DNA of 64,000 nt from Pocillopora damicornis (lineage: Eukaryota): NCBI RefSeq assembly GCF_003704095.1, contig NW_020845867.1, forward strand, positions 434,001 to 498,000. Direction: 5' to 3'. Shown in pieces: positions 24,898 through 38,594 of this stretch (the first letter of the stretch is position 1; every line of letters begins with the position of its first letter). A program made the translations under genes and the position numbers. The notes beneath the pieces were generated by a model. The model was not told the DNA's origin. It made no database searches and saw only the letters and a program-made list of their open reading frames with translations.

Positions 24898-27800
24898 ATC
24901 AAGAGTAGTACGCCAAGTTAAGTAGGTCAACTCCAAAATGGCTGCTGATGTTTGAAAACGCCATTTTACGTTTCTGGAAAAGAAAGATACAACACTTTAT
25001 TATAAGTAACTATAAGCACTAGAGTTGGGCAATGTTATCTTTCTTGACAGACAGCCAGTTTAAACAGACTTTTCTTTCTATTTTATTACAATTTCAATGG
25101 TTATCTTTAGATATTAGTAACATTTCTTGTATTTTATTCAACGACGTTTCTTTAGTTCGGGTAAAACTGCCGCGGGTAGGACAATTCCTGAGTAATCATT
25201 AAGAAAACCGAAACTAATGTGTTCAAATCAGTAAAGGAATCAGTTAAGGGGTTAGGAGCCTGTAGGCAGGGAGGTCTAAAACTGCTAGAAAAAAGTATAA
25301 CTTCGCAAGAGATTATAATCTCTTAAACTTAATCAGTTGCTTTTAGGATTACTACATGTGACACTTACCTACAACAGTTTGTGAAGGACTCACTTGAATA
25401 CTTTATATCTTACTGCTCTAGTGGGAAAAAGTTTGATTAGTCAGAAGTGACGCGGTGGATACTTCGTCAGAAAATTATATCTTCTATATGTGTGGAAAAA
25501 GAGCAAACGTAGAAAAAAGAAAAAGGGAAAACTTCTAAATTGCTTGAGTAAGACTGTCATCTTCATTATGCGGTATGTCGATACATGCATGTATGGAAAA
25601 CGCTAGTTCAGACATTTTTTGAGACGTAGACATCAGCTGGAAGTTGAGACTGCTTTTCCCAGGCGCCTAATACAGATCCTTCTATCTGCACTGTTCAGTC
25701 CAAAATGCTAGGATGAAGCCTTTGCTCTGGGCTATTTGATATGAATGCACATTAGACCTGGTTGCATCATCCTTTTGGTCGCCGTCCGCGTCTCATAATT
25801 GCTGCTGCTGAGTTTCCATATGACATATATTTTTTTAAACATAGTTAATATCCGCAAGTCGATTACAGTGTCAGACTTTTTCCTATAATTCCTCATATCA
25901 TGACAAGAAGCTTCTGAACCTGAGTCAGCTAAGGAGAAAAAAAAGGGGGAGGGGGGGGGGTTCGACACAGGTATTGTCGTCGAAAGTTTCATTTAGAGTC
26001 CGCTGACATAATTCAACGACCATCTCTCACTCACCCCTACCCCGCAGGGATCCTGAATAAAACAACTACATAAGATAGCTGCTAATCAAGAATATGAGGA
26101 ATTTTGTAATATAGTCAAGTATGCGTTTGTATTTGGTTTGTTAGATCAAGAATATATTTGCAAGTTTTCACCAAAGTCGTTTTCATTTTGTTTTGATTCT
26201 TCCTTGAAAATATACGTCTTTTTTTCATGGTAAGGAAAATAAAATGTGACTAAATTAATGATACTCCATATCCACCTTTCTCATAATTAATTTGCCAAAG
26301 TCTCCTTATTATAATGAAGCATTTTTTCCCAGTAATGTGCTAAGGGCAGAGTGCATCAAAATTTGCATTTTAATTGGCTTCTCGTGAAAGAAATCGAATT
26401 TTTTTTTCTCCAGTCAAAATAAAATGAAATTTGAAATTTAGCCTTTGGAGTTCATCGTGCATTGTAAACTGAACGTTTTTAAAGAAGAAACCTTTCCGCA
26501 ACAGATCAATGTATGTTGTTTAGGAATTCAGAGGACTCATTAGACACACTGCTTTCCCTATAGAAATACACATTAGTGTGAATATTTCACTACCCTTATA
26601 GTGTGAATTTTTAACTAAGTGGCAATTTCCGATAAAAGACATTGATGGCCAAGAATAGTTAGAGTGTCTTAATTTTCACTAAGTATCAACTACCTCCCCC
26701 AATAACTACTGGCCATCCGAATTGATGACTGAAATTTTTTTCTTAGAATCCATGCCGGTTCTTGCCTCATTTTACCTCGACATCTACTAATTATCAACTT
26801 TTCTACGAGAGAATAATAAACCTACGAAATATATAAATAACCATATTGCAGAATTCCTATTATGCGTTAGGCTAAATATTATTACTTTTGCCAGTTGATG
26901 ACAACAGCATGGATATCATCAATACAGTGAGTCAAGTAAATCTGTGTCTTGAGGCTGTTTATCTATCCTGCCAATATAATGAGAACTTTTATGTGGTATC
27001 TAAAGAGAGGAAAGACGCGCATTGATAATTTTAAATAAATTAAAAATTTAACTTTGTTATTAAAAGGCGAGAAAACGAAAGTTTCTACCAAAGTGTCAGT
27101 TAATCGAAATCAATGCAAGATACAGTTTGATTTGAAAAATTTGACGGTATAACGATGGTTGTGTGACAACCTAACGTATTCTGTGCTTTGTTACTCAGTC
27201 GAGGTACAAATTAACGACAGGTGATTCGAATTCTCATGTTTAATTAATGTGTAGGTTCTTCGTTTTAGTTGTTAAGATTATACATCCAGTAACGTTGATT
27301 GCAGTAACACTCATTTGTTCGTGATGGCTTAGCGGTACTTCATAGATCAAATGCGTTACATAGACAACGTCCACACTACGTAGCAGTTAAAGGAGTAACT
27401 TTGACGTACTCTAACTCTGAAAATAGTAGTCAACTTTAATTTTGGGTAAGTTTACACGTTGAGTACGCCCGGTATGAATTTGATCAACTCTTGCGGCATT
27501 CGACTGACTTCGAAAATTTTCTCGTCATCATACTTTTTTTTTCTTTTTTCTTCTCGATCAACGGGCGCAGTCATATGCCAGTGATATTTACAGTTTTACT
27601 TTGCTTGGTGAATATTGTGCTCAAGACACGTATTTTACCTACTGAATTTATGCGTTATTATGCTCTCTCAGAACAATTGTTTTTGTCGAATTGTCTTCTT
27701 TAAGTTTTCATCTTAAAAAGCTGANNNNNNNNNNNNNNNNNNNNNNNNNNNNNNNNNNNNNNNNNNNNNNNNNNNNNNNNNNNNNNNNNNNNNNNNNNNN

Positions 27801-27967
27801 NNNNNNNNNNNNNNNNNNNNNNNNNNNNNNNNNNNNNNNNNNNNNNNNNNNNNNNNNNNNNNNNNNNNNNNNNNNNNNNNNNNNNNNNNNNNNTATTTCA
27901 GACTAAATTGTCCATAAAATATTTCGATAATGCAACGAAAACAATTTTCTTTTCAATCAGGGTGATA

Positions 27968-28522
27968 ATGAAAGATTGGATTAAGGTGTTTTCAGTTGTC
28001 TTCATCGGAGCTGTCGTTGCAAATTTCATTATTGTGTCAGCCAATGATAACTCTTCTACAGAGGAAGACGAGTGGAAGATCAAATGGTACCTAAATCTAA
28101 CAATAACTTGGATTGCCAAACCACCGTATGTAGCTCGACCCACCAATGGATCTACAGATAGTGGCGGTCAGGGACTGATCCGAGATACACTTTTACGATA
28201 CATGACGTATGAATGAGGTATTCTTCATGGCATCGAATACCAAGTAGAAGACCGCCAAGTTAACAGTGAATATGAAATGATCGCACTTCTGAGGCAAAAC
28301 AAAGTCCACATTGCAGCTCCTATATTTGAGCCAAAAGGGGACAGACACTACAGCGAGTTCCCATTTTTTAAAGTTGTTGATTATCCAGGAACAGACTACA
28401 TTACCACTGAAGAAGGGAACAACAAGATTAGCTATGTTTTGGATGCCGTTCTGAGGTCTTGGCCACTGCTAGCTGTCACTCTGGTCCTGACAGCCATTTC
28501 AGGAGTTGTTATGTGGGCTTTG
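27968..28522 (+). pseudogene. Channel-receptor copy A, exon 1 (signal peptide + S1 + M1) with in-frame TGA at 28214-28216
   Basis: Near-identical to copy B exon 1 (34685-35239), with GAA TGA GGT where B has GAA TGC GGT. The splice donor is intact. Pore exons 2-4 are not seen and may lie in gaps. Confidence 0.75.
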
Positions 28523-28824
28523 GTAAGTTTTGAGTTTGTGTTACCAAACAGTCTTTAGCGCCTAAAGGGCATTTTCTAACTATATGCACTACTTTTTAAC
28601 TTTTAAATAAATTTAAACCTTTGCAAAATGATTTACGTGATCTTTCAACATCAACAACCCATTTTATCTGAGAAAGATGGGAAACAATTATTACGANNNN
28701 NNNNNNNNNNNNNNNNNNNNNNNNNNNNNNNNNNNNNNNNNNNNNNNNNNNNNNNNNNNNNNNNNNNNNNNNNNNNNNNNNNNNNNNNNNNNNNNNAATC
28801 AATTAATCAACAACGCCAAACGAG

Positions 28825-29020
28825 CAAGTCGGTCAGTCTGTCAGTCAGTCACTCAGTCGGTCAGTGGGTCAGTGTTTATGGGTGATAGACAGTCAGTCAG
28901 TCAGTCAATCTGTCGGTTGGTCAGTCAGTCAGTCGATCAGGCAGCCTGTCAGTCAGTCAGTCAGTCATTCAGTCAGTCGTTCAGTCAATTGGTCTGTCGG
29001 TCAGTCAGTCAGTCAATCTG
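28825..29020. repeat. Degenerate (TCAG)n microsatellite
   Basis: Repeated tcagtcag units. Shorter reverse-complement counterpart of 41745-42245. Confidence 0.9.
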
Positions 29021-30806
29021 CTAATCGTAACATAGATTTATTCTTGATAAACAGGAAAGAGTAAGAGGATTTTGTGGCATCCTTATTTCGCAACATTGAC
29101 TTGCATTATTCCTAATAAAAAGATACTTGCATAATTTCTCTTTATTTAGATACATGCATAATTTCTCTTCAAACAGATACTTGCAAAATACTTTTTATAA
29201 AGATACATCATAAGATGAGATTTTCGTGGACATGCTCCGTGCATGAATTTTTTCTACTCTAACCTTTATATGTTTTTAAGTTATTCAACTGTCTCAATTA
29301 ATTTCGCGACAGTCGTCTTCGTGTCCTTCGTGCTTTCCCAAACGCCTCAGCATTATGTAAGGGGTAACTCTCACTTTGTTGGCCTGTTTATGCTTTCTAA
29401 ACAATAATGGTTCCAAGACACAGGCTCTCGAGCCACGCGCTGCTATTCATTGCATGGAGTAAGCAACACTGGGTTTCATTATATGTGCTCTTTGACTTCG
29501 AAAACAAGGCATTTTCTGCACACTAATTATCCAATTATGGAAGACCAATTGGCAGGTCAAGAAAATCATAATGATGGAAAGTCCATCTAGGAAACATATT
29601 GGTATTAATGATGAACTTCCCAACTTAACTTCGCTAGTAGTCACTGCCATGGTTAACAAAATGTTGTCACTCGGCCAGGCTTATCATTCTTTGAGAAAGT
29701 GTGGAATTATATTGCGAGAAAGAAATAAAGCAACACAGAAAAAAAAGCAAAACAAACAAACTGAAAAAATCAAAAAGGACAAAAACAAGAAATAGGAAAG
29801 CTTGTATTAGAACTAAAAATCATTAGCATTTAATTCCTATTCGGTTTTATGATTTTGAACATATATTTATTTGTTTTGTCTTTCTGTTTTTCACTAAGTG
29901 TTATGTGTACATAAATACATTCGTATTTTAGGTATTTTCCATTCTATTGAGCAAGGAGTAATAGATAAACACGGTTGCTTGCGTGCAGGCCACCCTCGCC
30001 ATCAAAGGATAGTAGCCTAGTGTGTTTTTAATCTCGCTAAGTCACCTCTGCGGTCGAATTGGCCTCCAGTTAAAATAATCAACCATTTACTGTTCGCAAG
30101 GCCTTATAGTAGTCTCCTCCTGCCGCTGGATGCACGCAGCTGGACTTCCTGAACTATTGAACTACTCAAACGACAAAATACAATGCATTTTAACTAAGTA
30201 AGAACTTAACAAAGACTTTTGTTGTTATCTATTGAACTGATTATGAGAGACAATGATGAAATAATTTGCTAAGTAAAGTTTTTCAATCTGCAAAAAGGGG
30301 CTGAAAACCTTATGGAAAAAAAGGCTAAGTTTTGGACTAATACAAGAATTTGAAAACTTCAAAGAGATCGATGATCTGCATTCGTTAAGTTCGTAAGTAC
30401 AGTGGAAGTAATAAGCTACCTGTAAGTTTACGTAAGAATAGATAACTTTACCCCAAGCCAAAATGTCAAGATGCAGATTGGCAGATATAATAAGGAGTAA
30501 TTAAAAAAAAATTAAGCTAGAAGCTGGAGAAGAAAAATTCACTTAACGCATGACGAAATCATACACGGAAGCTATTTTCCAGTACGATTACTTTAACAAA
30601 CAAGCACACTTCTTTTCAGCAATTTCCATCAAGTTGTGATAGATAGGTAGATGATGCTGTTCTAGCCTTGTCCTCTTACATAGATGTTGAATATTGCCTG
30701 CCTTTGGAGTGAAATCAGTACATACATAGATATGCAATCAAGATTTTTTTTAACCTGTACACGTGTTGCATGGTTTGTAACTTGCAAAACTCACTGAACG
30801 CACCGT

Positions 30807-32087
30807 TTACTGGCTACCCCGAAGTTTTGAAACCTTTGATTCCAGTATAATAAAGTGATCTTGCATTTGTTTAAGAAGTCTTTTGCCTACTTCAAAGTCG
30901 TTGAGAATACTTTCTCTCTCAGTTAACACCATCCCTTTGTTTTCAGCTTCTGTTAAATGAATGAAATTGATTATTTCATAATGCCACTTAACCACATCAA
31001 TGGATAAGGCCCGCCGTTGAAATCAAACTGACGACAATGTTAAATAGAAAAAAAACATGCAAAAATGAAAAAAAGAAGATATATTTGTGGATGAAGTGAA
31101 TGAATTAAATGGATGGATGGATGGATGGATGGACAGAAGGATGAATGAGTAGATTGATGAAGTGATGGCTGGTAGAAAAAGTAAATAATTGTATAAATGA
31201 GTAAATCACTTAATCCGTAATAATTGATATGGGGTTAAATGGATATATCGGAAACTTAAGTGAAATGAAAAGACCGATGGATAAATGGATAGATGAATGA
31301 ATTACAGGCAGACGATACTATTCTCAATACGATGAACAAATGGACACCGTCAAAAGAAAAAAAGCTTACGCCACTCTATCGTGGAATTTTGCTGCTTGCC
31401 AGACTTCTTCCTGATAAGTAAGTCCCATATTACTCCAATACAAAGCATTCCCGCCAATACTCCAAGCAAAATGTACAGGAGTATTTTAATAAAGCTGGAA
31501 GAATCGTCAAACAAACTGAATTGTTTGGCTGGATTACTTTTGGTGTACTGTCAAAAAAGAAAGCATTCATGATTATCTTATAAATAGATCAATTAATCAT
31601 GACTCAAATCGTGCCAATCATTTCATGGGACTAAGGCAAGCGATGACAAGAAAGAGGTAATAAGGAACTAATTTCTGCTCTCTTGCATTCTAATTGGTTA
31701 CTTTTTTATCCAGTGACCTGGGTAACAGAAGTTGCTGACCTTGTTAAATGTTTTTCATGTTTCACGCACAATAGCTGATAAAGCAGAGATCTGAGCTCGC
31801 TGTTCAAATAATTCTCCCAACTTAAAGCTGTACCTTATATGTTGCAGTGATGGTTTGAGCCGACCTCAAAATGGTGGAACGCTGATAATTTAAGCAATCT
31901 GCCAGGTATTTTCTGTCCTTTGAAAAGAGAACCCCGACATCTCTTTGAAGTTCCAATTTCTTGACGGTGAGAAGCGTTTTCAGTTTTTCTCTTGAGTGAT
32001 AAAAGGTGTTTGCGTAGTGATCTATGAATAATCCATCGACTTTCTTGGACTGCACATCTTTAATAGCGTCTTCGATACTGTTGCGCA
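30807..32087 (-). pseudogene. Channel-receptor copy A, exons 5-7 on an inverted contig (32087-31834, 31547-31370, 30949-30807)
   Basis: Translates to RNSIEDAIKDVQSKKVDGLFIDHY..., M4 ILLYILLGVLAGMLCIGVIWDLL and coiled coil ...LLKQMQDHFIILESKVSKL, nearly identical to copy B exons 5-7. The contig is flanked by 100-N gaps on both sides. Confidence 0.75.
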
Positions 32088-32544
32088 CTAGATACAGTAT
32101 GAAAAAATATCAAATTATTAACACAACAGCCATACTGCCGACCGTTGTACACTTGAGAGTCTGGGCAGAACGACCTAACGTACCAGTCGGTTTATTACGC
32201 TCAACTGACGTACAAGGTTTTAGCTGATGACCTTTGCATAGATTGTTCAGACGTCGTTCTTAAGGCTAACGGCTTACAAGGAAGATCAGTAGACTCTAAT
32301 TCCTAAATTAGGCAATTAATTGTAGCAAATGGATTGATTGAATATGACGGTGCATACTCCATCGAAGTATCCAAGACATGAAACCCTTGTCATGTCCGTG
32401 GTTGATGGGCCATGCTTTGTAACGGGTTGTTTGTCCAATTGGTTNNNNNNNNNNNNNNNNNNNNNNNNNNNNNNNNNNNNNNNNNNNNNNNNNNNNNNNN
32501 NNNNNNNNNNNNNNNNNNNNNNNNNNNNNNNNNNNNNNNNNNNN

Positions 32545-32664
32545 TTCTCTGTCGTCTGGATCTTATTTGGCCTCATAGCTATGGCAATTTTCATGGCATA
32601 TGTCACTACTGCATTGACAGCTCTCTCTCTGCAACTTGAACCAACCAGCCTTCGTGGTGTTCAA
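32545..32664 (+). pseudogene. Truncated duplicate of copy C exon 3 (M3 helix)
   Basis: FSVVWILFGLIAMAIFMAYVTTALTALSLQLEPTSLRGVQ, with N>Y in the xAN motif and donor GTTAGT changed to GTTACT. No downstream exons occur before the copy B upstream region begins. Confidence 0.75.
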
Positions 32665-34684
32665 GTTACTTTGAAAAAATATCACTCAATGAGAATTAAC
32701 TCTCTCGTCTTTTAATTACCAATAATAACACTGGTCAAAATATTCCCGTACATTTGTCAAACGTTTGTTCTTTTAATGATAAAGGTTGATATCCCATCTT
32801 TCTTAAAGTAACCGGAGTTGCTTACGGTACTAGTGCATGCCATTTAGATTTTTAGTGTTACCATTTGCAAATACATGTGAAGTAAATCGACATTAAAACT
32901 TCCATCAGGAACGTAACGAAAAAAGAGATATAAAATGAATAAATGATGAATATATTTGCTAAGTTCTCACCAAAGTCGTTTTCATTTTGTATTGATTCTT
33001 CCTTGAAAAGATGGGTCTTTTTTTCATTTTAAGGAAAATAAAATGTGACTTAAATGATGATGACTTCATATCCAGCTTTCTCATAATTAATTTTCCAAAG
33101 TCTGTTCAGTATAATAAAGTATTTTTTCCCAGTAATGTGCTAAGGGCAGAGTGCATCAAAATTTGCATTTTAATTGGCTTCTCGTGAAAGAAATCGAATT
33201 TTTTTTTCTCCAGCCAAAATAATATAAAACTTGAAATTTTTAGCCTTTGGAGTTCATCGTGTTAACTGAACGCTTTTAAAGAAGAAAACTTTCCGCAACA
33301 GATCAATGTATGTTGTTTAGGAATTCAGAGGACTCATTAGACACACTGCTTTCCTTATACGAATACATGTTAATGTGCTATTTAACTACCCTTAGGGCGT
33401 GAATTTCTAACTAAGTGGCGTTTTTAAATAAAATACATCGATGGCAAAGAATAGTTAGAATGTCCCCCAATAACTACTGACTATCCGAATTGATAAGACT
33501 TAAATTTTTTACTTAGAATCCATGCCAGTTCTTGCTTCATTTTATCTCGACATCTACTAATTATCAACTTTTCTAAGTGAGAATAGTAAACCTATGAAAT
33601 ATATAAATAACCATATTGCCGTTATTATATATGCGTTAGGCTAAATATTATAACTTTTGCCAGTTGATGACAACTGGATACCATCAATACAGTGAGTCAA
33701 ATAAATCTGTGTCCTGGGGCTGTTTATCTGATCCTGCCATTAAAATGGGATCTTTTCTGAGGCATCTTTAGAGAGCAAAGAAGTGCATTGATAATTTAAA
33801 ATTAATTCAAAATTTAACTTAGGCATTAAAAGGCGAGAAAACGAAAGTTTCTACCAAAGTGTTAGCCAATCGAAATCAAGATACAGTTTGAATTGAACAA
33901 TTTGACGGTATAAGGATGGTCGTGTGGTAACCTAACGTATTCTGTGCTTTGTTTCTCAGTCGAGGTACAAATTAACGACAGGTGGTTCTCATGTTTAATT
34001 AACGTGTGGGTTCTTCGTTTTAGTTGTTAAGATTATACATCCAGTGGCGTTGATTGCAGTTACATTCATTTGTTCGTGATGGCCTAGCCGTATTTCACAG
34101 ATCAAGTGCGTTACATAGACAACGTCCACACTACGAAGCAGTTAAAGAAGTATCTTTGACGTACTCTAACTCTGAAAATAGCATTCAGCTCTAATTTTGG
34201 GTAAGTTTGCATGTTGAGTACGCCCGGTACGAATTTGATCGACTATTGCGGCATTCGACTGACTTCGACAATTTCTCGTCATCATTCCTTTTTTTTCTTT
34301 TTTCTTCGCGATTAACGCGCACAGTCATATGCCAGGGATATTTACAGTTTTACTTTGCTTGGTGAATGTTGTGCTCAAGACACGTATTTTACTTACTGAA
34401 TTTATGCGTCATTATGCTCTCTCAGAGGGATTGTTTTTGTCGAGATATCTTCTTTTAATTTTCATCTTAAAAAGCTGATGAAGAGTAAAGAACTTCTCGA
34501 AGCGGGCCACTTAAACTCTCTAATAATTTTAACGATTATCAATTCACTTTTTTCGAGAAGATAAAAAAATATGAGGTCTAATACAACCATTCCCTGGAAA
34601 GTTTGATTCAGTTTCGGACTAAAATCATCCCTAAAATATTTCGATAATGCAACGAAAACAATTGTCTTTTTAATCAGGGTGATA

Positions 34685-37600
34685 ATGAAAAATTGGACTA
34701 AGGTGTTTCCAGCTGTCTTCATCGGAGCTGTTGTCGCAAATTTCATCACTGTGTCAGCCAATGATAACTCTTCTACAGAGGAAGACGAATCGAAGATCGA
34801 ATGGTACCTAAATCTAACAATAACTTGGATTGCCAAACCACCGTATGTCGCTCGACCCACCAATGGATCTATAGACAGCGGGGCTCAGGGACTGATCCGA
34901 GATACGCTTTTACGATACATGACGTTTGAATGCGGTATTCTTCATGGCATCGAATACCAAGTAGAAGACCGCCAAGTTAACAGTGAATATGAAATGATCG
35001 CACTTCTGAGGCAAAACAAAGTCCACGTTGCAGCTCCTATATTTGAGCCAAAAGGAGACAGACACTACAGCGAGTTCCCATTTTTCAAAGTCGTTGATTA
35101 TCCAGGAACAGACTACATTACCACTGAAGAAGGGAACAACAGGATCAGCTATGTTTTGGATGCCGTTCTGAAGTCTTGGCCACTGCTAGCTGTTACTCTG
35201 GTCCTGACAGCCATTTCAGGAGTTGTTATGTGGGCTTTGGTAAGTTTGAGTTTGTGTAACAAAACAGTCTCTAGCGCCCTATATGCACTGCTTTTTTATT
35301 GCTTAATAAATTTAAACCTTTGCAAAATGATTTACGTGATCTTCCAACGTCAACAACCCATTTTATCTGCGAAAGGTGGGAAACAATTATCATGATTGAA
35401 GGACAAAAATAATTCAACCACAGACTGTCTGACTTAACTAGAGGGTACTCGTCGGGGAGCTAGGCCACATGCGCAGTTCATAATTATAAATATTAATAAC
35501 TATACCCGGTTCATAACTATAAAATGTGACAAGCGTTCTTCGTGTAGTTAAGAACTAAAATGCCACACTTAGAAAAACATTGTCGAAAGTGTGGAGTATG
35601 GAGTAAGCATTTGAATTTGGATTATTTGATCTTAGGAGCACTATTTTGTGTCCTTAAGAGACGGTTAGGAAGTGTCACGGCAAAAAAGATATATTTTGAA
35701 ATCATTCATTTTCTACCTCTTTATCAACAACAGCGACCGGCACATCTTGCAGCGGGTAAGCAACCGTTTGGGGATACACATTAAGAAATTTGATCGTATT
35801 TATTTCTTCATTAATAATATAACACCTTTTTTCTTGTTTACTAAGAATTGTTTCTTCACTTTTTTCAGGACACTTACTGGAATAGTGAAGAGTTTCCACG
35901 TTCATTCATCAAAGGCTCATGGGATGGATTTTGGTGGTCTTTTATTTCGATGACCACAGTAGGGTAAACCTCTTTAGTAACATAACTAGCTTTGCAAAAA
36001 ATGTTGTCAAACACCTAATGAATTTTGGAGATTTTATTTAAATTTATGGACACTACAAATTTTAATTGGACCTCAAAACAGTGGACCAGAGAAGCCTCCC
36101 TCGTTGATGTCCAATCTTTATTTCGGGCCGATTCAGCATGGTCCAGCCATCTAATTTTGGATGTTCTATCATGATCAGTGTGCAAGCAGATTTAGGTGAT
36201 AATGATCTCTTTCGTCTCAGGTATGGTGACAAATCTCCCAAATCAGTTCCTGCACGGATATTCTCCATTGTTTGGATTCTCGTGGGCCTGATTGTTATGG
36301 CAATCTTTACAGCGAACGTCACTTCAGCCCTGACGGCTCTTTCCCTGGAAACCGAACCAAGTAGCTTTGCTAATAAGAAAGTGAGGCTGATAGATTACTA
36401 AACGATGAAAAAAAACGTGGCATGTTATCATTCCTGTTCTTGCCGTTATTCCTCTTATTCTTCTCCTGCGTCCTCTTTTTCTTTTCCGTTGTCGTCATGT
36501 CCTTTTTAAAAACGATCTAAAAAGTTATTATTATAATTATACAACTGTGTTGTAGAAAACTATAATATGTCTGATAAAAAAATTTTTTTCGTCAGGTTGC
36601 AGTTATAGGAAATGGGACAGAGTACCAACATGCACTACAGGAGGAGGCTGAACCAATAGGTATATATGTACAATTCCATAACCACTGGATGCAATTAGTT
36701 GTTCTAAAACCAGAGTGTAAGCTTTACCAATTGAATAAGCAACCCGTTGCAAGCATGGCCCATCAACCCTGGACACGAAAAGGGTAAAATGTCTTGGATA
36801 CGTCGACGGAGTATGCACCCTCATATTCAATCAATCCATTTGCTACAATTAATTGCTTTAATTTAAGAATTATAGTCAACTTGTTTTCCTTGTGAGCCGT
36901 TAGCCTTAAGAACGACGTCTCAACAACCTATTCAAAAGTCAACAGCTACAGTCCTGTACGTCAGTTGGGTGTAATAAACCGACTGGTACGTCAGGTCGTT
37001 CTGCTCGGTTCGTTTTTAAATGAACTAATTAAATTCTTGGGTATGTTGAAAGTGATTGTTGACATTTTTGAGGAGTCTTTTCTTAGTTAGCACACCAGCT
37101 TTCCAGAGTCAGTCGTTGAAAGAAGTTGGTGCTGTAAGTTAAAAGTTGCGGGAAATCTCAATTATTGATGTAGTTCGCTACACTAGGTGATTGTTGATGA
37201 CACTATTTAATTTCTCGTCACTATTTCTTTTAAATTCATGCCAGTCTCTTCAGTGTACGAGGGTCGGCATTCTGTCTGCCGTGTTAAAACTTTGTTTTTT
37301 TTTTTTTCATACTGTATCTAGTGCGCAACAGTATCGAAGACGCTGTTAAAGATGTGCAGTCCCAGAAAGTCGATGGATTATTCATAGATAACTACGCAAA
37401 CACCTTTTACCACTCAAGAGAAAAACTGAAAACGCTTCTCACCGTCAAGAAATTGGAACTTCAAAGAGATGTCGGGGTTCTCTTTTCAAAGGACAGAAAA
37501 TACCTGGCAGATTGCTTAAATTATCAGCGTTCCACCATTTTGAGGTCGGCTCAAACCATCACTGCAACATATAAGGTACAGCTTTAAGTTGGGAGAATTA

Positions 37601-38594
37601 TTTGAACAGCGAGCTCAGATCTCTGATTTATCAGCTATTGTGCGTGAAACATGAAAAACATTTAACAGGGTCAGCAACTTCTGTTAGCCGGGTCACTTAG
37701 ACAAAAGTAACCAATTCGAATGCAGGAGAGGAGAAATTAATTCCTTATGACTTCTTTCTTGTCATCGCTTGCCTTAATCCCATGATTGGCACGATTTGAG
37801 TCATGATGAATTGATCTATTTATAAGAAAATCATGAATGTTTTCTTTTTTGACAGTCCACCAAAAGTAATCCAGCCAAACAATTCAGTTTGTTTGACGAT
37901 TCTTCCAGCTTTGTTAAAATACTCCTGTACATTTTGCTTGGAGTATTGGCGGGAATGCTTTGTATTGGAGTAATATGGGACTTACTTATCAGGAAGAAGT
38001 CTGGCAAGCAGCAAAATTCCATGATAGAGTGGCGTAAGCTTGTTTTCTGTTGACGGTGTCCATTTGTTTATCGTGTTGTGAATAGTATCGTCTGCCTGTA
38101 ATTCATTCATCTATCCATTTATCCATCGGTCTTTTCATTTTACTTAAGTTTACGAATCTATCCTTTCAACCCCACATCAGTCATTACGGATTAAGTGATT
38201 CAGTCATTTATACAATTATTCACTTTTTCAATCAGCCATCCCTTCATTAATCTACTCATTCATCCTTATATCCATCCATCCATTCATTCGATTCATTCAC
38301 GTCATCCACAAATTTATCTAATTATTTTTTCTCATTTTTGCATGTTTTTTTTCTATTCAACATTGTATTCAGTTCGATTCCAACGGCGGGCCTTCTCCAT
38401 TGATGTGGTTATGTGGCATTATGAAATAATCCAACTTCATTCATTTAACAGAAGCTGAAAACAAAGGAATGGCGTTAACTGAGAGAGAAAGTATTCTCAA
38501 CGACTTTGAAGTAGCCAAAAGACTTCTTAAACAAATGCAAGATCACTTTACAACACTGGAATCAAAGGTTTCAAAAATTCGGGATAACCAGTAA
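34685..38594 (+). CDS. Copy B: GluR0-like ligand-gated K+ channel / compact iGluR-like protein, ~482 aa, exons 34685-35239, 35869-35963, 36221-36380, 36596-36659, 37322-37575, 37856-38033, 38452-38594
   Basis: Open spliced frame: signal peptide, S1 (WIAKPPY...VHVAAPIFE), M1 (SWPLLAVTLVLTAISGVVMWAL), pore WDGFWWSFISMTTVG|YGDKSP, M3 ARIFSIVWILVGLIVMAIFTANVTSALT, S2 (VAVIGNGTEY...DGLFIDNY...DVGVLF), M4 and heptad-rich tail. Confidence 0.9.

Larger units (their letters stand above)
26150..32745. repeat. Recent segmental duplicate (or alternate haplotype) of ~32950-43820, fragmented by gaps; central contig 28797-32444 inverted
   Basis: 26150-28696 aligns by eye to 32949-35392. 28797-32444 is the reverse complement of ~36730-42275 with several large indels. 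32545-32745 matches ~43618-43820. Confidence 0.88.

Noticed and set aside
28797-32444. Genuine genomic inversion creating an antisense channel gene
   Set aside because: Both ends are 100-N gaps. Flipping the contig restores colinearity with copy B, so mis-orientation is more parsimonious.
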